The position numbers and the translations under genes are program-made. From contig CAWEXP010000010.1 in NCBI GenBank assembly GCA_963813065.1, positions 96,250 to 160,249 on the forward strand: a stretch of 64,000 nt of DNA, in the 5' to 3' direction. This DNA is from Candidatus Kaiserbacteria bacterium. GTDB taxonomy: Bacteria > Patescibacteriota > Minisyncoccia > Phycocordibacterales > Phycocordibacteraceae. Under the pieces are notes generated by a model. The model was not told where the DNA came from, made no database searches, and saw only the letters and a program-made list of their open reading frames with translations. This document shows, piece by piece, positions 1 to 10,628 of the stretch (positions are counted from its first letter, which is position 1; each line of letters opens with the position of its first letter).

Positions 1-1
1 C

Positions 2-838
2 TTCTGGCGCATAGTTTTTCCTCTCAGGGTTATTTTTGAATGTCACGGGCTACACTGTCCCGCATCCGATCCTTATGTATGTCGGAATGCGGACGCACTC
101 ATATTCGTCTCGGACAAGACAATGAATATCGCGCAAAAAGAATTTGGATCGAAAGTGCCCATGTTCCTGATGCCAGTCGTCGTTGATGTATCCGAGTACG
201 ATTCTTTCCGTCATAAGAAAACTGCCCTGCGGCAGACATTAAGACTTCCGGCAGACAAACTCCTGATTGGCTATGTTGGGCGCTTTACGGCACTTGGCGC
301 GAATAAAGGCATCACGACCAGCCTCAACGCATTCGCGCGCGCGGAGCTCCACGGGTCAGAGTTGTGCCTGATTGGCGGTACTAATGAAGAGATTGCCTCT
401 GCGCGAGCAGAGGCGGAGAGGCTCGGTATCACGGAGCGCGTGCGCTTCATCCCATTTGTCCATGATCGGCAGAAGGTCGTGCAATATCTGTGTGCGATGG
501 ACATTGTTTTCTATCTCCCGCCACCGGAGCATTTTTTCGTCGAGGAGACATCGCCTATGAAGCTTTTCGAATATATGGCCGCCGAGAAGCCAATCATCGT
601 CTCTGACTTCCCGACGATGCGCGCCATTCTCGATGACGACAGCGCGGTATTTGTCGATCCGACCAACATTGGCGCGGTCGCAGACGCATTCCAGCGACTC
701 GCGGGCGATCCCACACTCCGCGACCGATTGGCTACTGAGGCTTTCAAGAAGGTGCGCGGACAGAGTTGGGACGAGCGCGCCAAGGAGATGCTCAATATTG
801 TATCCGAGGCCACAACTAATAGTAGGGAACCCCGATAA
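2..838 (+). CDS. Glycosyltransferase family 4 (5'-partial)
   Basis: Frame of ORF 122..838 is open to the window edge; GT4 motifs YVGRF, KG, SPMKLFEYMAAEKPIIVSD. Confidence 0.9.
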   Translation, partial: FWRIVFPLRVIFECHGLHCPASDPYVCRNADALIFVSDKTMNIAQKEFGSKVPMFLMPVVVDVSEYDSFRHKKTALRQTLRLPADKLLIGYVGRFTALGANKGITTSLNAFARAELHGSELCLIGGTNEEIASARAEAERLGITERVRFIPFVHDRQKVVQYLCAMDIVFYLPPPEHFFVEETSPMKLFEYMAAEKPIIVSDFPTMRAILDDDSAVFVDPTNIGAVADAFQRLAGDPTLRDRLATEAFKKVRGQSWDERAKEMLNIVSEATTNSREPR

Positions 839-958
839 TTTCTTTTATCAATTGTGCGGATAACGCATATTGCTCAGGATAGAGTCAAGCGCCACGGAAA
901 GTGATATCATAGCGCACATGTTCAGAGAATATTTGCGCAGTATATGTAATGAGCATGC

Positions 959-1582
959 ATGACACTTTTTTATAAAATATCTGGAATAATCGGGAGGATC
1001 CCCGCCCAGCTGTATAAAAGCAAAATACGCCAAGCATACGGCATTGATTTGACAAAAGTTCACATTACGGGCAGACCTTGGATACGACAGGCGGAAGGAT
1101 CGCGAATTGCCATTGGTGATTCGACCCATTTGGTATCAAAGTTCGAATATAACGTGGCAGGTATAAATCATCCGTGCATCGTGGCTACCACGAGGAAGAA
1201 CGCCACGATACGAATTGGTTCCGATGGAGGATTTTCAGGAGTGACGATTGTGGCGGCCAAAGCCATTTTGATTGGTGATCGTGTTAGTTGCGGCGTAAAC
1301 GTGTGTATCTACGACAATGATTTTCATCCGCTCAACGCTCATTTACGAACGGTAAACAACGAATCAGAAATTGCCGCTCTGCCAGTAACGATTGGAAACG
1401 ATATATGGATTGGTGCCAATTCACTTATCCTAAAAGGCGTTATCATTGGTGACCGCTCAATTGTTGGGGCAGGCTCTGTTGTGACTACGGATATTCCAGC
1501 CGACTCCATTTACGCCGGGAATCCAGCCCGGTTCATAAAAAGGATAGAAGAACATTCACTGGCGGCGCACTTGGGTCAATGA
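959..1582 (+). CDS. Hexapeptide-repeat O-acyltransferase (maltose/galactoside acetyltransferase-like)
   Basis: VTIGNDIWIGANSLILKGVIIGDRSIVGAGSVVT...AGNPAR left-handed beta-helix. Confidence 0.9.
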   Translation: MTLFYKISGIIGRIPAQLYKSKIRQAYGIDLTKVHITGRPWIRQAEGSRIAIGDSTHLVSKFEYNVAGINHPCIVATTRKNATIRIGSDGGFSGVTIVAAKAILIGDRVSCGVNVCIYDNDFHPLNAHLRTVNNESEIAALPVTIGNDIWIGANSLILKGVIIGDRSIVGAGSVVTTDIPADSIYAGNPARFIKRIEEHSLAAHLGQ

Positions 1583-1599
1583 TGATATAGTACCAACCA

Positions 1600-2349
1600 A
1601 TGAATGTCGCTAAATTGATTGAAAAGATTAAATGCAAGATAGTTTTTTTCCTTCGATGGTCACGACGGGCGGCGAAGAATGCAGTGCTTCGAGCTCTGTT
1701 GGCGCTGGGAGTCCTACCAGAGAGATACCGCTACTCCCTCAAAGAGGACTACGTCTCTCGTAATGTGAATCTGGCGTGGTGGGAGAAACATATTAGCTAT
1801 ACCGTCCTAAAGCAGTACGCGCCCCAGTTGCGGGGAGTCGTTGCGGATTTTGGGTGTAATCACGGGACCGGCACCATTCTCGCGGCACGGAATCAAAATG
1901 TCGAAACCATCATCGGTTTCGATCTAAACGCCAAGGCGATACGGACGGCAGAGAAGCTTCTAAGAGACTGCGGAGAACCGGAGGAGGTGAAGCGTAAAGT
2001 CCATTTCGTCAAAAGTATGTTGGACCATATCGAGGTTCCAGACGATTACTTTGATGGCGCCATTATGTTCCATGTGTTAGAGCACATCTATCCAGCAAAT
2101 CGTCCTGCTGTGTTCAAGGAGCTGCAGCGCGTGCTCAAGCCCGGCGCTTTTTTCCTTATCGTTCTGCCGTACGAGCATGCCTATGACGATGGGATCCAGC
2201 ACGTCGCATTCTTCAATGTCGAAACTCTCACCGATCTGCTCCAGCAGTCAGGATTCGAGGTGGTCGAATGCTACCGAGATACCCGGGGCGACGCGTATCG
2301 ACCTGAAGGCCACGATTGTCTTAACGCCGTGTGCCGGAACAAAAGGTAA
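1600..2349 (+). CDS. Class I SAM-dependent methyltransferase
   Basis: VADFGCNHG motif I, FHVLEHI, RVLKPGA. Confidence 0.88.
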   Translation: MNVAKLIEKIKCKIVFFLRWSRRAAKNAVLRALLALGVLPERYRYSLKEDYVSRNVNLAWWEKHISYTVLKQYAPQLRGVVADFGCNHGTGTILAARNQNVETIIGFDLNAKAIRTAEKLLRDCGEPEEVKRKVHFVKSMLDHIEVPDDYFDGAIMFHVLEHIYPANRPAVFKELQRVLKPGAFFLIVLPYEHAYDDGIQHVAFFNVETLTDLLQQSGFEVVECYRDTRGDAYRPEGHDCLNAVCRNKR

Positions 2350-3142
2350 TAATTCGATACAATATTTGTTTGAGCGCGGCGTGTAATCGTGGGAAATAGG
2401 CGCGCGAATATGAGAACGGGAAGTGGGCAGTTAGGCGCCAGATATCTTTCGGATTAATCGGTGATAAACCATAGTTCTTCTGGACCGTGCGCCATTCGGC
2501 GACAAACTTTTCGCGCGCGGTGCTCGTTTTCGATTCGCCCCAGATGCGGAAGGTCGCGAGCGGGGAGGGGATGCGCAGGGCGTGCGCTTGGCGGAGGATG
2601 CGCACCCAGAGCTCGTAGTCCATGACGTAATGGAGATGCTCATCGAGCGGGCCGACCTGGGCGATGATGCGCTTGGTAAAAAAAGTGGCCGGCTGGTAGA
2701 GCCGATGCCCGCGCACAGTAACATTTTCGAGCGTCGGTTCCTCGGGGATGCGCAGGTCGGTGGTGTGCGTCGATTCATTTTCGAAATAGCACTGCCCGCA
2801 GAAGAGATCAATTGCAGGGTGCTCGTGGTGCGCGCGGGCAACGGTGGCGAATGCGCCCGGCGCGTAATAATCGTCAGAATTAATCCATGCGAAGATATCG
2901 CCGGTCGCGCGGGCGAACCCCTCGTTGATCGCCTGCGACTGGCCCTTGCCGCTTTGCTTCCACCAGCGGAGTCGTCCCTGATTCTGATATTCATCTAATA
3001 TCGCAACGGTCTCGTCGGTTGAGCCGCCATCGACCACGAAGTACTCCACCTTGAAATCGCCCTGCTGGGCGAGCACGCTCTCGATGGTCTGCCGGATATA
3101 TCGGCCTTGATTGAGCGAGGGGGTGACGATGCTGAACTTCAT
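2321..3142 (-). CDS. Glycosyltransferase family 2
   Basis: Start re-assigned to MKFSIVTPSLNQ (3142, ATGA overlap with upstream stop); VVDGGSTD, WINSDD, MDYELW. Confidence 0.9.
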   Translation of the reverse strand: MKFSIVTPSLNQGRYIRQTIESVLAQQGDFKVEYFVVDGGSTDETVAILDEYQNQGRLRWWKQSGKGQSQAINEGFARATGDIFAWINSDDYYAPGAFATVARAHHEHPAIDLFCGQCYFENESTHTTDLRIPEEPTLENVTVRGHRLYQPATFFTKRIIAQVGPLDEHLHYVMDYELWVRILRQAHALRIPSPLATFRIWGESKTSTAREKFVAEWRTVQKNYGLSPINPKDIWRLTAHFPFSYSRAYFPRLHAALKQILYRIITFCSGTRR

Positions 3143-3927
3143 ACGCGGTTTTGTTGATATTTCCAGAGCGAGCGATAACATTCGAACGTATACCAGCCGT
3201 AGAGCAGACTCATTTCCAATCCGAGGGATCCGTCGACGTAACCCTTTTTTGTGACGAAACATTCCCAGAAGGCCGCGAGTGGGCGGTAGAGGAAACTCTT
3301 CCAGCTCGCGCGCTCGCTACGCTCATATCGTTTTGGTCCCTCCAGCGCGGCATACCGCCGATGCTTCGGCACAAAATCTTTCACACCTGAAAGCCACAAA
3401 TGTTCGACATAGTTCTTGTCCTTTCGGTGAGTCGTCTCGATTTTGTAAGGGGCCTGTATGTCATAGCCACCATGTACCACCGGCCGTCGGATCGCACGGT
3501 CACGATGCATGAGGAGCGGCCGCGCTCGACTACCCCAGACCGTGCCGCGCAGGGCGCGGCCGCCGACGTGGAAGAGGCATGGCACACTGATAAGCGCGAC
3601 ATCGTCGCGCATCCGCGCTACCAAGTCAGGAATGAGTTCGGGCATGACGCGCTCGTCGGGGTCAAGAAAGAGGATCCATTTCTGTGATGCATGGTCGACG
3701 CCGAACTGCGCCACCATTTCTCCAATCTCGACTGGCGCATGCGATAGGACGATCGCGCCATGCGCACGGGCAATAGCGACCGAATTATCCGAGGATTCGA
3801 GATCGATATAGATTTTCTCTTTGCAAAAGTCCAGAGAATCGAGACAGTTGGGGAGCAAATGTCCTTCGTTGCGTCCAACAACGACCGCAGAGATAGGCAG
3901 GATCAATGGCGTCTCTTTTTCCTTCAT
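3139..3927 (-). CDS. Glycosyltransferase family 2 (WaaE/KdtX-like)
   Basis: SAVVVGRNE, DLESSDNS, WILFLDPDERV; start at MKEKE 6 nt after a TACTAT -10 hexamer. Confidence 0.85.
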   Translation of the reverse strand: MKEKETPLILPISAVVVGRNEGHLLPNCLDSLDFCKEKIYIDLESSDNSVAIARAHGAIVLSHAPVEIGEMVAQFGVDHASQKWILFLDPDERVMPELIPDLVARMRDDVALISVPCLFHVGGRALRGTVWGSRARPLLMHRDRAIRRPVVHGGYDIQAPYKIETTHRKDKNYVEHLWLSGVKDFVPKHRRYAALEGPKRYERSERASWKSFLYRPLAAFWECFVTKKGYVDGSLGLEMSLLYGWYTFECYRSLWKYQQNRV

Positions 3928-3961
3928 GGGGACATAGTATCGCATTTACGGAAAGCGAAAG

Positions 3962-5233
3962 TTACGTTTGCGCTCTTTCGCGTGCGGTAAGCATTTCCCA
4001 CTGGATAATGCCGATGGTCGTCGAGATAGTGAGCTGGAGATAGAGACTCATCACGACGCCCGCAAGGCCGTAGAGCGGTATCAGGATAACGAGCGAGGCG
4101 ACTAGGGAGAGTGGCGGAATGGTACCCCAATAGATCCAGGACTTCGGCATGAGGTGAACCTTGGACTGCATCGCGGCGCCGAGGAAGTTGCCAGGGAGGA
4201 TGAATGCGAGGGTGAACGCATAGAACTGCGTGACCGTGATAGCGGCGTGATACTTGGGGAAGACGAAGGTGAAGACGTAAGGCGCGAGGAGCGCATACGC
4301 GGTCGCTGTGACGAGCCCGATGACGAAAAGAAGGAAGAGTCGCCCGTATATTTGAGTATTGATTTCGAATATGGTCCGGTGCGAGAGCTTGGGGACGGCG
4401 ATAGGCACGATATTTTTTGCCCACGCGCGGATCTGGTCGAGTGGGCCGGTCGCGAGATTGTAGACCGCGACGGGTATGGGCCCGAGGAAGTGGAAGATGA
4501 ACAGGTCGTCAACATATTTAATGATGGTATTCAAAAGGCCCGCGAAGGTGAGGTGGCGGCCATAAGAGATGATGCGTGGATCGTGAGTCGTATTGGGCGA
4601 ATAGCGACGGAGCGTCACGCGATGCGCGACGTAGCGTGCCAAGGTCCACGAGCCGAAATAGGCGAGGAGCAGGACATAGAGATTGTGGGTGAGCACCACG
4701 GCCGCGGCCACGACCACGGTGCTGAAGAGTTGTCCAACGACGAAATAGACTGTGGACGCGCGAAAATCTTTCTTGCCCTGGAGGAAGGTCTGGAAAAGTG
4801 AGAACGGATCCATGATGGGCACGAAAAGTGCCGCGAGGACGAGCGCCCACGCGAGTACGCTGTTCCCTTGGAGGAAGTAATAACCTGCCACGAGGAGGCC
4901 GCCACCGAGACCCAGAAGTCCCCAGCGCATCTTCTCCCGCAGAGCGATAAGGAACGAGCCTTCGCTACCGCGCGCTACGCCGGGCCCGAGGGTGGTGTTG
5001 ATGCCCGAGAGTGTTGTCAAGGTCAGGATGCTAATGACGGCGAGGACGTAATCGTACGTGCCATACACCGCGGGCGAGAGGAAGTTCGCGAAGAGGATAA
5101 CGAGGAGGAGGGAGGAGGCGCTGGCGGCGAACTGTCCCGCGGTGACCCAGAAGCCGCTGGTCGTTAAATAGACCATATCGGTCTTGGTATAGCGCTCCGT
5201 CGAGCGCAGGAAGGAGATAAGCCGTTCTTTCAT
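3962..5233 (-). CDS. wzx: Oligosaccharide flippase (Wzx/MOP family)
   Basis: Many hydrophobic segments, ANFLSPAVYGTY and FLGPIPVAVY motifs, located in a glycan cluster. Confidence 0.85.
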   Translation of the reverse strand: MKERLISFLRSTERYTKTDMVYLTTSGFWVTAGQFAASASSLLLVILFANFLSPAVYGTYDYVLAVISILTLTTLSGINTTLGPGVARGSEGSFLIALREKMRWGLLGLGGGLLVAGYYFLQGNSVLAWALVLAALFVPIMDPFSLFQTFLQGKKDFRASTVYFVVGQLFSTVVVAAAVVLTHNLYVLLLAYFGSWTLARYVAHRVTLRRYSPNTTHDPRIISYGRHLTFAGLLNTIIKYVDDLFIFHFLGPIPVAVYNLATGPLDQIRAWAKNIVPIAVPKLSHRTIFEINTQIYGRLFLLFVIGLVTATAYALLAPYVFTFVFPKYHAAITVTQFYAFTLAFILPGNFLGAAMQSKVHLMPKSWIYWGTIPPLSLVASLVILIPLYGLAGVVMSLYLQLTISTTIGIIQWEMLTARERAQT

Positions 5234-5282
5234 TGCGGTTGCCCTACTATACTAGCCTATAACCGCCCAGCCAACGTGCACG

Positions 5283-6377
5283 TTACCTCAGCCTATGGAG
5301 GAAGGCGTAGAGCCCGTCGTGCCCGCCAATGTGGACGAAGAGGGCGCTCGCGAGAAACGGAAGCACGAAGAGTGCAACCCAGAGCCATGTGCGCCAGCGG
5401 TGTGCGTGCGCGAGGAGCCACTCAGCGCCGATGAGCGCGAGCGGCACGATAATAAAAAACTGACTGTAGAGAATACGGTCGGTGAAGAAGGGCCACTCGA
5501 TGACCGGCAGTGCAGAAATCGCGAGTGCGACGAACAGGAGCCAGCGTTCGCGCGCGATTTCAGCACGATATCGCAAGAGAACCCAACAACCGACAAGCAC
5601 CGGAATCCACAAGATGTTAAAGGTGGCGAATTCCGCGCCGAGGAAGAACTTCAGTGTATGCACGTTCTGGTAGAGATGCTGGTTGAGTGCAAACCAGCCG
5701 AGAAAAGTGGGTAGGCCGGAGAAGTGGATGGCGATGAAGAGGATGGATTCGGCAATGAGGAAAGGAATCGAGATGAAAAGAATTCTTCGCGCCGTCTTCA
5801 CGAATCCCCATTCCGGGTAGTGCAAGAGCAGATACACACCACCGAAAAGGAGCCCGACAACGCCGGTCTCTTTGCTCGCCGCGCCAAGAAATCCGATGAG
5901 CGAAGCGAGGAGCAAGAGACGATTATTCTCGGTGCGCACGGCGACGAGCACTGCGAGCATGGTCGCGGTCGCGAAGAACCATCCGGAGGCATCGGTGCCG
6001 TAGGCGAAAGCCATCCCGAGTACCGGATATCCGACGGTAATCCAGAAGCTCCCGAGGAAGGTCATGCGCTCGTCGAATCCAATCTCGCGGAGGAAGAAAT
6101 AACTCGTGAAAGAAAGTCCAATGAGGAAAAGCCCATTGAGGAAGAGGAGGACGCTCTCGGGCGAGAGGAAGGAGAGCGCGAGCCCCACGACGGCGTACAG
6201 CGGTTTGAAGGCGCGCAGAGCCGCCCACTGGTCGGGTGAGGAGAGCGAGAGGTGCCGCAGAGCAGTGATTTGATCTATGTACGAAGCGGCATCGATTCTG
6301 GCAATGCTGAATACAAAAACGGTGAGTAGAATCACTGCACCATCGAGGGCAATCAGCCAGAGCAAGGGGCGACGCAT
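5283..6377 (-). CDS. Polytopic membrane protein, probable GT-C-fold glycosyltransferase
   Basis: Start re-assigned to MRRPLLW (6377); DAASY and SKETG motifs typical of ArnT/PMT-like proteins; many TM segments. Confidence 0.6.
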   Translation of the reverse strand: MRRPLLWLIALDGAVILLTVFVFSIARIDAASYIDQITALRHLSLSSPDQWAALRAFKPLYAVVGLALSFLSPESVLLFLNGLFLIGLSFTSYFFLREIGFDERMTFLGSFWITVGYPVLGMAFAYGTDASGWFFATATMLAVLVAVRTENNRLLLLASLIGFLGAASKETGVVGLLFGGVYLLLHYPEWGFVKTARRILFISIPFLIAESILFIAIHFSGLPTFLGWFALNQHLYQNVHTLKFFLGAEFATFNILWIPVLVGCWVLLRYRAEIARERWLLFVALAISALPVIEWPFFTDRILYSQFFIIVPLALIGAEWLLAHAHRWRTWLWVALFVLPFLASALFVHIGGHDGLYAFLHRLR

Positions 6378-6416
6378 GGATTTCAGTCTACTATAAAAAG
6401 ACGGTATACTCGCGGC

Positions 6417-8108
6417 ATGAGTCGGAGTCTTCTCATACAGATTGGCTTCCTCGCTTTTTTCATTTTCCTTGCCATCGGCATTCTTTCGCCGAACCCTTTT
6501 GGTAATAATCCCGACATCATCCAGGACGAAAGTTATTTCCTCACCAGCTCGCTCTCGGCTATCGAGAAGGGAACACTCCCTGGGTTCGAGTTCTCGCACT
6601 CGGGAAGTTATTACGGCGGCCCGCAAATCTATCTGGATACCGTGGTGCTGGTTCCGGTGGTGGCCGTCATCTTCATCGCCGAACACGGTTCACGCGTCGC
6701 GACGGAGGTCTGGGTCGCTCTGCACACGGGCGACCTCCTCTCTCTCTTGCGACTCGTGAATGGCATCCTGGGGCTCGGCGCACTCGCGTGGTGCGTGTGG
6801 TTCTTCCGTAAGAAATCAATTCCGCGGCCACTTGCTCTCTCGCTCGCGCTCTTCCTCTTTTTGCTCTTGAGCACGGTGTTCTGCATCGAGTTCCTGCACA
6901 CGGCGAAGGTCTGGACGATCTATATACTCACTGTCGCGGTGATGGGCGCGTTCTTCCTCGCGCAAGAATACTATCTGCGTCACTATACGAGTGCGTTTGT
7001 GGAGAAGGGAACGTACGTCGCGCTCCTCGTCTGGAGCGGCGTGCTCGTGTTCTTGCAGAATTATTTCGGCGTTTTTTCTATCTTCCTTCTTGCGCTCTAC
7101 GCTCTGCTTCTTGAGCACATTAGGTTCAGCGATATCCTCCAGTATCTGAAGAAATATTGGTATCTCGTCGCTCTCGCGGTGCTCGCCCAACTCTCATTCT
7201 TCTATCGCGCGGCATTCGTCAACGGCATCGCCTCGTTCTACGACCTCTCGGCGAAGACCGGTACTAATCATATTGATTGGATTGGCCGACTCTACGACCC
7301 TCTCGTGTATGCAGTGACGGGTCAACCGTTGGTCGTGCTCTATCTCGTTCTCGTCGCGACCATCGCTTTCCTCTTTTTCTACCAGAAAAACTTCTTCGTT
7401 GATTGGCATCGGCGAATGCTGGTTGGTATCGCCCTGCTGAATCCGCTCGCGGTCTATCTATTCTTCCATGTGCTGATTGGATTCAGTGGCGCGCCACGGT
7501 ACGGCATCCTGCTGACGATGGCGTGCTCGTTCTCGATTGTGCTCCTGCTCGCCGAATTCGATATATTTTTTACCAAGCTTGCACTCGGCGTGAGCATCAT
7601 CTTGTTCTGCATCATCAATATCCATGCCATCGCGCTCTACTGGCGCCCCTCCTCCGAGACCATTTTGCTCGGCATACTTTCCACGCAGTACAACACTTCG
7701 AATACGGTCTTCATCCAGGATTCATCGGCAGTGCGGCTGGCCCTGCCCACCAACGCCGACTCACTCCCGCTTCTCGGTGATCGTTCTGACTTCACTCGTT
7801 TTCAATTCTTGCTCCAGCACCTAGATGCCGTGCGCGCACAGGTCGCCTTCCGCCCTCTGACCATCGTTACGACCAGTTCGGCAGACGAGGCGGCGGCCAT
7901 CGCGCGTTTCAGCACCACCACCGACGCGGTGTGGCTCATCACGACTGACTGTACAAATCTCTGCAGCGCGGCCGAGACCGGTGCCGGAACGTGCTTCTCG
8001 GTCCATCTCGACGCGTGCGGCGTTTCGCCACAGGAGGTGAATGACCTCCCTGTATTCCTCTCTTCTCGCCAACTCGGCGACGCGTATATCGTGCGGAGAG
8101 TGCACTAG
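6417..8108 (+). CDS. Polytopic membrane protein, probable GT-C-fold (ArnT/PMT-like) glycosyltransferase
   Basis: N-terminal TM then QDESYF acidic motif, many TMs, PRY motif, C-terminal soluble domain. Confidence 0.6.
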   Translation: MSRSLLIQIGFLAFFIFLAIGILSPNPFGNNPDIIQDESYFLTSSLSAIEKGTLPGFEFSHSGSYYGGPQIYLDTVVLVPVVAVIFIAEHGSRVATEVWVALHTGDLLSLLRLVNGILGLGALAWCVWFFRKKSIPRPLALSLALFLFLLLSTVFCIEFLHTAKVWTIYILTVAVMGAFFLAQEYYLRHYTSAFVEKGTYVALLVWSGVLVFLQNYFGVFSIFLLALYALLLEHIRFSDILQYLKKYWYLVALAVLAQLSFFYRAAFVNGIASFYDLSAKTGTNHIDWIGRLYDPLVYAVTGQPLVVLYLVLVATIAFLFFYQKNFFVDWHRRMLVGIALLNPLAVYLFFHVLIGFSGAPRYGILLTMACSFSIVLLLAEFDIFFTKLALGVSIILFCIINIHAIALYWRPSSETILLGILSTQYNTSNTVFIQDSSAVRLALPTNADSLPLLGDRSDFTRFQFLLQHLDAVRAQVAFRPLTIVTTSSADEAAAIARFSTTTDAVWLITTDCTNLCSAAETGAGTCFSVHLDACGVSPQEVNDLPVFLSSRQLGDAYIVRRVH

Positions 8109-8129
8109 GCACATGGTATGATGGCGCCC

Positions 8130-10322
8130 ATGTCACCCGCTACAAACACTGCCAAAACGATTGCGCGCTGGGTCGCCCTAGGCGCACTCTTCCTTATCCC
8201 GCTCGCGCCCCTCATTGTCGCCAATCAATTCTTCTTCCCCTTCATCACCGGGAAGGCATTCTTCTTCCGCATACTGGTCGAAGTCGCGGTATGCGCCTGG
8301 GCGGTGCTTGCACTCCTCGATAGGGAATATCGTCCGCGCTTCTCCTGGGTCGGTGCGGTCGTACTGGCCTTCATTGCGTGGATGTTCGTCGCAGATTTTT
8401 TTGCGATTAATGTGGCAAAAGCGTTCTTCAGCAACTTCGAACGCATGGAGGGTTGGATTCTGTTCATCCATCTCTTCGGCTTCTTCCTCGCGGCGGGTGC
8501 GGTACTGCGGGTAGAGAAACAATGGCGGAATTGGTTCTTCGTCTCGCTCGGCGTCTCGGTGATTATGGTGCTTTACTCGTTCTTCCAGCTCGGGGGCGTG
8601 TTCGCCATCCATCAAGGCTCGAATCGCATTGACGCAACGATGGGCAACTCCGCCTATCTGGCAATCTATTTCCTCTTCAATACCTTCATCGCGCTCTGGC
8701 TCGCGTTTACCCCGCCATCGGCGGGACAGGCCGAGAAACGCGCATGGCTCAAGTGGGGGCTGATTGCACTCGCGGTGCTTGAAGGAGTGCTGATTTTCAT
8801 GACCGAGACGCGCGGCACCATCATTGGGCTGACGGGCGGGCTCCTGCTCGCGGCGCTCCTTGCCGCACTGACCGGGAGCAAGCGCACGCGTAACCTCGCC
8901 TTGGGAGCGTGCGTACTCTTCTTGATTGTGGCGGGCGGATTCTACGCAGTCCGGAATAGTCCCGTCGTCCAGAATAATGATGTACTGAATCGCATCACCT
9001 CCATCAACGTGGCAGATGGCCAGACGCGCTTCACGCTCTGGCACATGGCATGGGAGGGTGTGCTCGCGCGCCCGGTCACTGGCTATGGCCAAGAAGGATT
9101 TAATTATGTGTTTAACAAATACTACGACCCATCGCTCTACGCGCAGGAATCGTGGTTCGATCGCGCACACAACGCCTTCATCGATTGGCTCGTGGCGGGT
9201 GGATTCCCGGCGTTCCTGCTCTACGTCTCACTCTTCGCCATCGCAATCCTCACGCTCTGGAAGAATTCAGAACTCTCGCGCGCGGAACGTATCTTGCTCA
9301 CGGCCGCATTTGTTGGCTACGCCTGCCACAATCTCTTCGTCTTCGACAACCTCTATTCGTATGTGTACTTCTTCGCACTGCTCGCGCTGATTGATTCACA
9401 AGTCGCGCGTCCCTTCGATGTTCTAGAAAAGTATCCCGAGATCGAGCCCTCAAGCGGCCTCACCTACGCGCTCCCCATCGCGGCGGCTGTTGCAGTCGGA
9501 CTCATCTGGTCGGTGAATATTCCGGGCATGGCGGTCGCGAGCGAACTCATCTCGGCGATATCTCCTGCGCAAAACGGTCCGGCAGGGAACCTCGCAATCT
9601 TCCAGGATGTGCTTCAACATCCGGCTTTCGCCGAACAGGAAATCCGCGAACAACTCGTCTCCTTTGCGGGTGGGGTTTCCCAGAGTCAGTCCGTGAGCGA
9701 CCAGGTTAAGCAGTCGTTCACTTCTTTTGCGGTTTCAGAAATGAGTAAGCAGGTCGCCTGGCATCCGCTCGATACACGCGAACATCTCGAGCTTGCCTTC
9801 GCGTATCGCGCGGCCGGTGACGAGCAAAGTGCCTTGCGCGAGGTCCAAGCGGCCGAAGCACTTTCACCTCAAAAAGAGGACTTGATCCTGCAGGCGGCCG
9901 GCATCGAATTGGATCTCGGCGAGGCCAAGGCGGCTCAGGCGGACTTCAATCGTGCGTACGAGCTCGGCCCGCAGTTTACTGATCTGGCCACTGATGCCGC
10001 CGCCGGCGACTACGCGGCGGGCGATACCGCCGCTGGTGATGCGTTACTGCTAAAAACATTCGCCACGACGACTCTCGACAACCAGATGCTCGCACTTGCG
10101 TACTACCAGACCAAAGATTGGTCGCGCCTCATCCGACTCTGGCAGTTGCGCGCGAGCGCACCCGACGCGAGCGAGCAGACGCTCTTCGGCCTCGCGGCGG
10201 CATACTACGTTGCGGGCGACAAAGCAGATGCCATTACTGCCGTGCAAAATGTGGTGAAAAAATATCCAGACGCCGCGCAGGATGCCGCCGCCGCACTCGC
10301 GCAGATTAGGGCAGGGAAGTAG
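8130..10322 (+). CDS. O-antigen ligase/O-oligosaccharyltransferase family (Wzy_C) protein with C-terminal TPRs
   Basis: ATMGNSAYLA, TETRG, RFTLW, GYGQEGF, DRAHN motifs; start placed 7 nt after TATGAT. Confidence 0.88.
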   Translation: MSPATNTAKTIARWVALGALFLIPLAPLIVANQFFFPFITGKAFFFRILVEVAVCAWAVLALLDREYRPRFSWVGAVVLAFIAWMFVADFFAINVAKAFFSNFERMEGWILFIHLFGFFLAAGAVLRVEKQWRNWFFVSLGVSVIMVLYSFFQLGGVFAIHQGSNRIDATMGNSAYLAIYFLFNTFIALWLAFTPPSAGQAEKRAWLKWGLIALAVLEGVLIFMTETRGTIIGLTGGLLLAALLAALTGSKRTRNLALGACVLFLIVAGGFYAVRNSPVVQNNDVLNRITSINVADGQTRFTLWHMAWEGVLARPVTGYGQEGFNYVFNKYYDPSLYAQESWFDRAHNAFIDWLVAGGFPAFLLYVSLFAIAILTLWKNSELSRAERILLTAAFVGYACHNLFVFDNLYSYVYFFALLALIDSQVARPFDVLEKYPEIEPSSGLTYALPIAAAVAVGLIWSVNIPGMAVASELISAISPAQNGPAGNLAIFQDVLQHPAFAEQEIREQLVSFAGGVSQSQSVSDQVKQSFTSFAVSEMSKQVAWHPLDTREHLELAFAYRAAGDEQSALREVQAAEALSPQKEDLILQAAGIELDLGEAKAAQADFNRAYELGPQFTDLATDAAAGDYAAGDTAAGDALLLKTFATTTLDNQMLALAYYQTKDWSRLIRLWQLRASAPDASEQTLFGLAAAYYVAGDKADAITAVQNVVKKYPDAAQDAAAALAQIRAGK

Positions 10323-10361
10323 CCATGATCGTCCGCGAGCACATCACGCTCGCTCCACCGT

Positions 10362-10622
10362 ATGTTCTATCTATACGTACTCAAGAGCGATAAAGATCAA
10401 GAATTGTATATAGGTTCGACCAACAATCTCCGTCGCAGGATTAGCGAACATCAACAAGGTAAATCTTTTTCAACTTCCTTTCGAAGGCCTTTTGCTTTGG
10501 TGTATTACGAGGCGTATAGGAACGAGACAGACGCTCGTACGCGTGAGCACAGGTTGAAATTACGAGGACAAGCCCGACGCCAGCTATTGGCGCGCATTGA
10601 ATTGAGCATAGGAACTGAATAA
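10362..10622 (+). CDS. Stand-alone GIY-YIG nuclease
   Basis: FYLYVLKS...LYIGSTNNLRRRISEH...LVYYEAY...ARTREHRLK. Confidence 0.92.
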   Translation: MFYLYVLKSDKDQELYIGSTNNLRRRISEHQQGKSFSTSFRRPFALVYYEAYRNETDARTREHRLKLRGQARRQLLARIELSIGTE

Positions 10623-10628
10623 AGTTAT

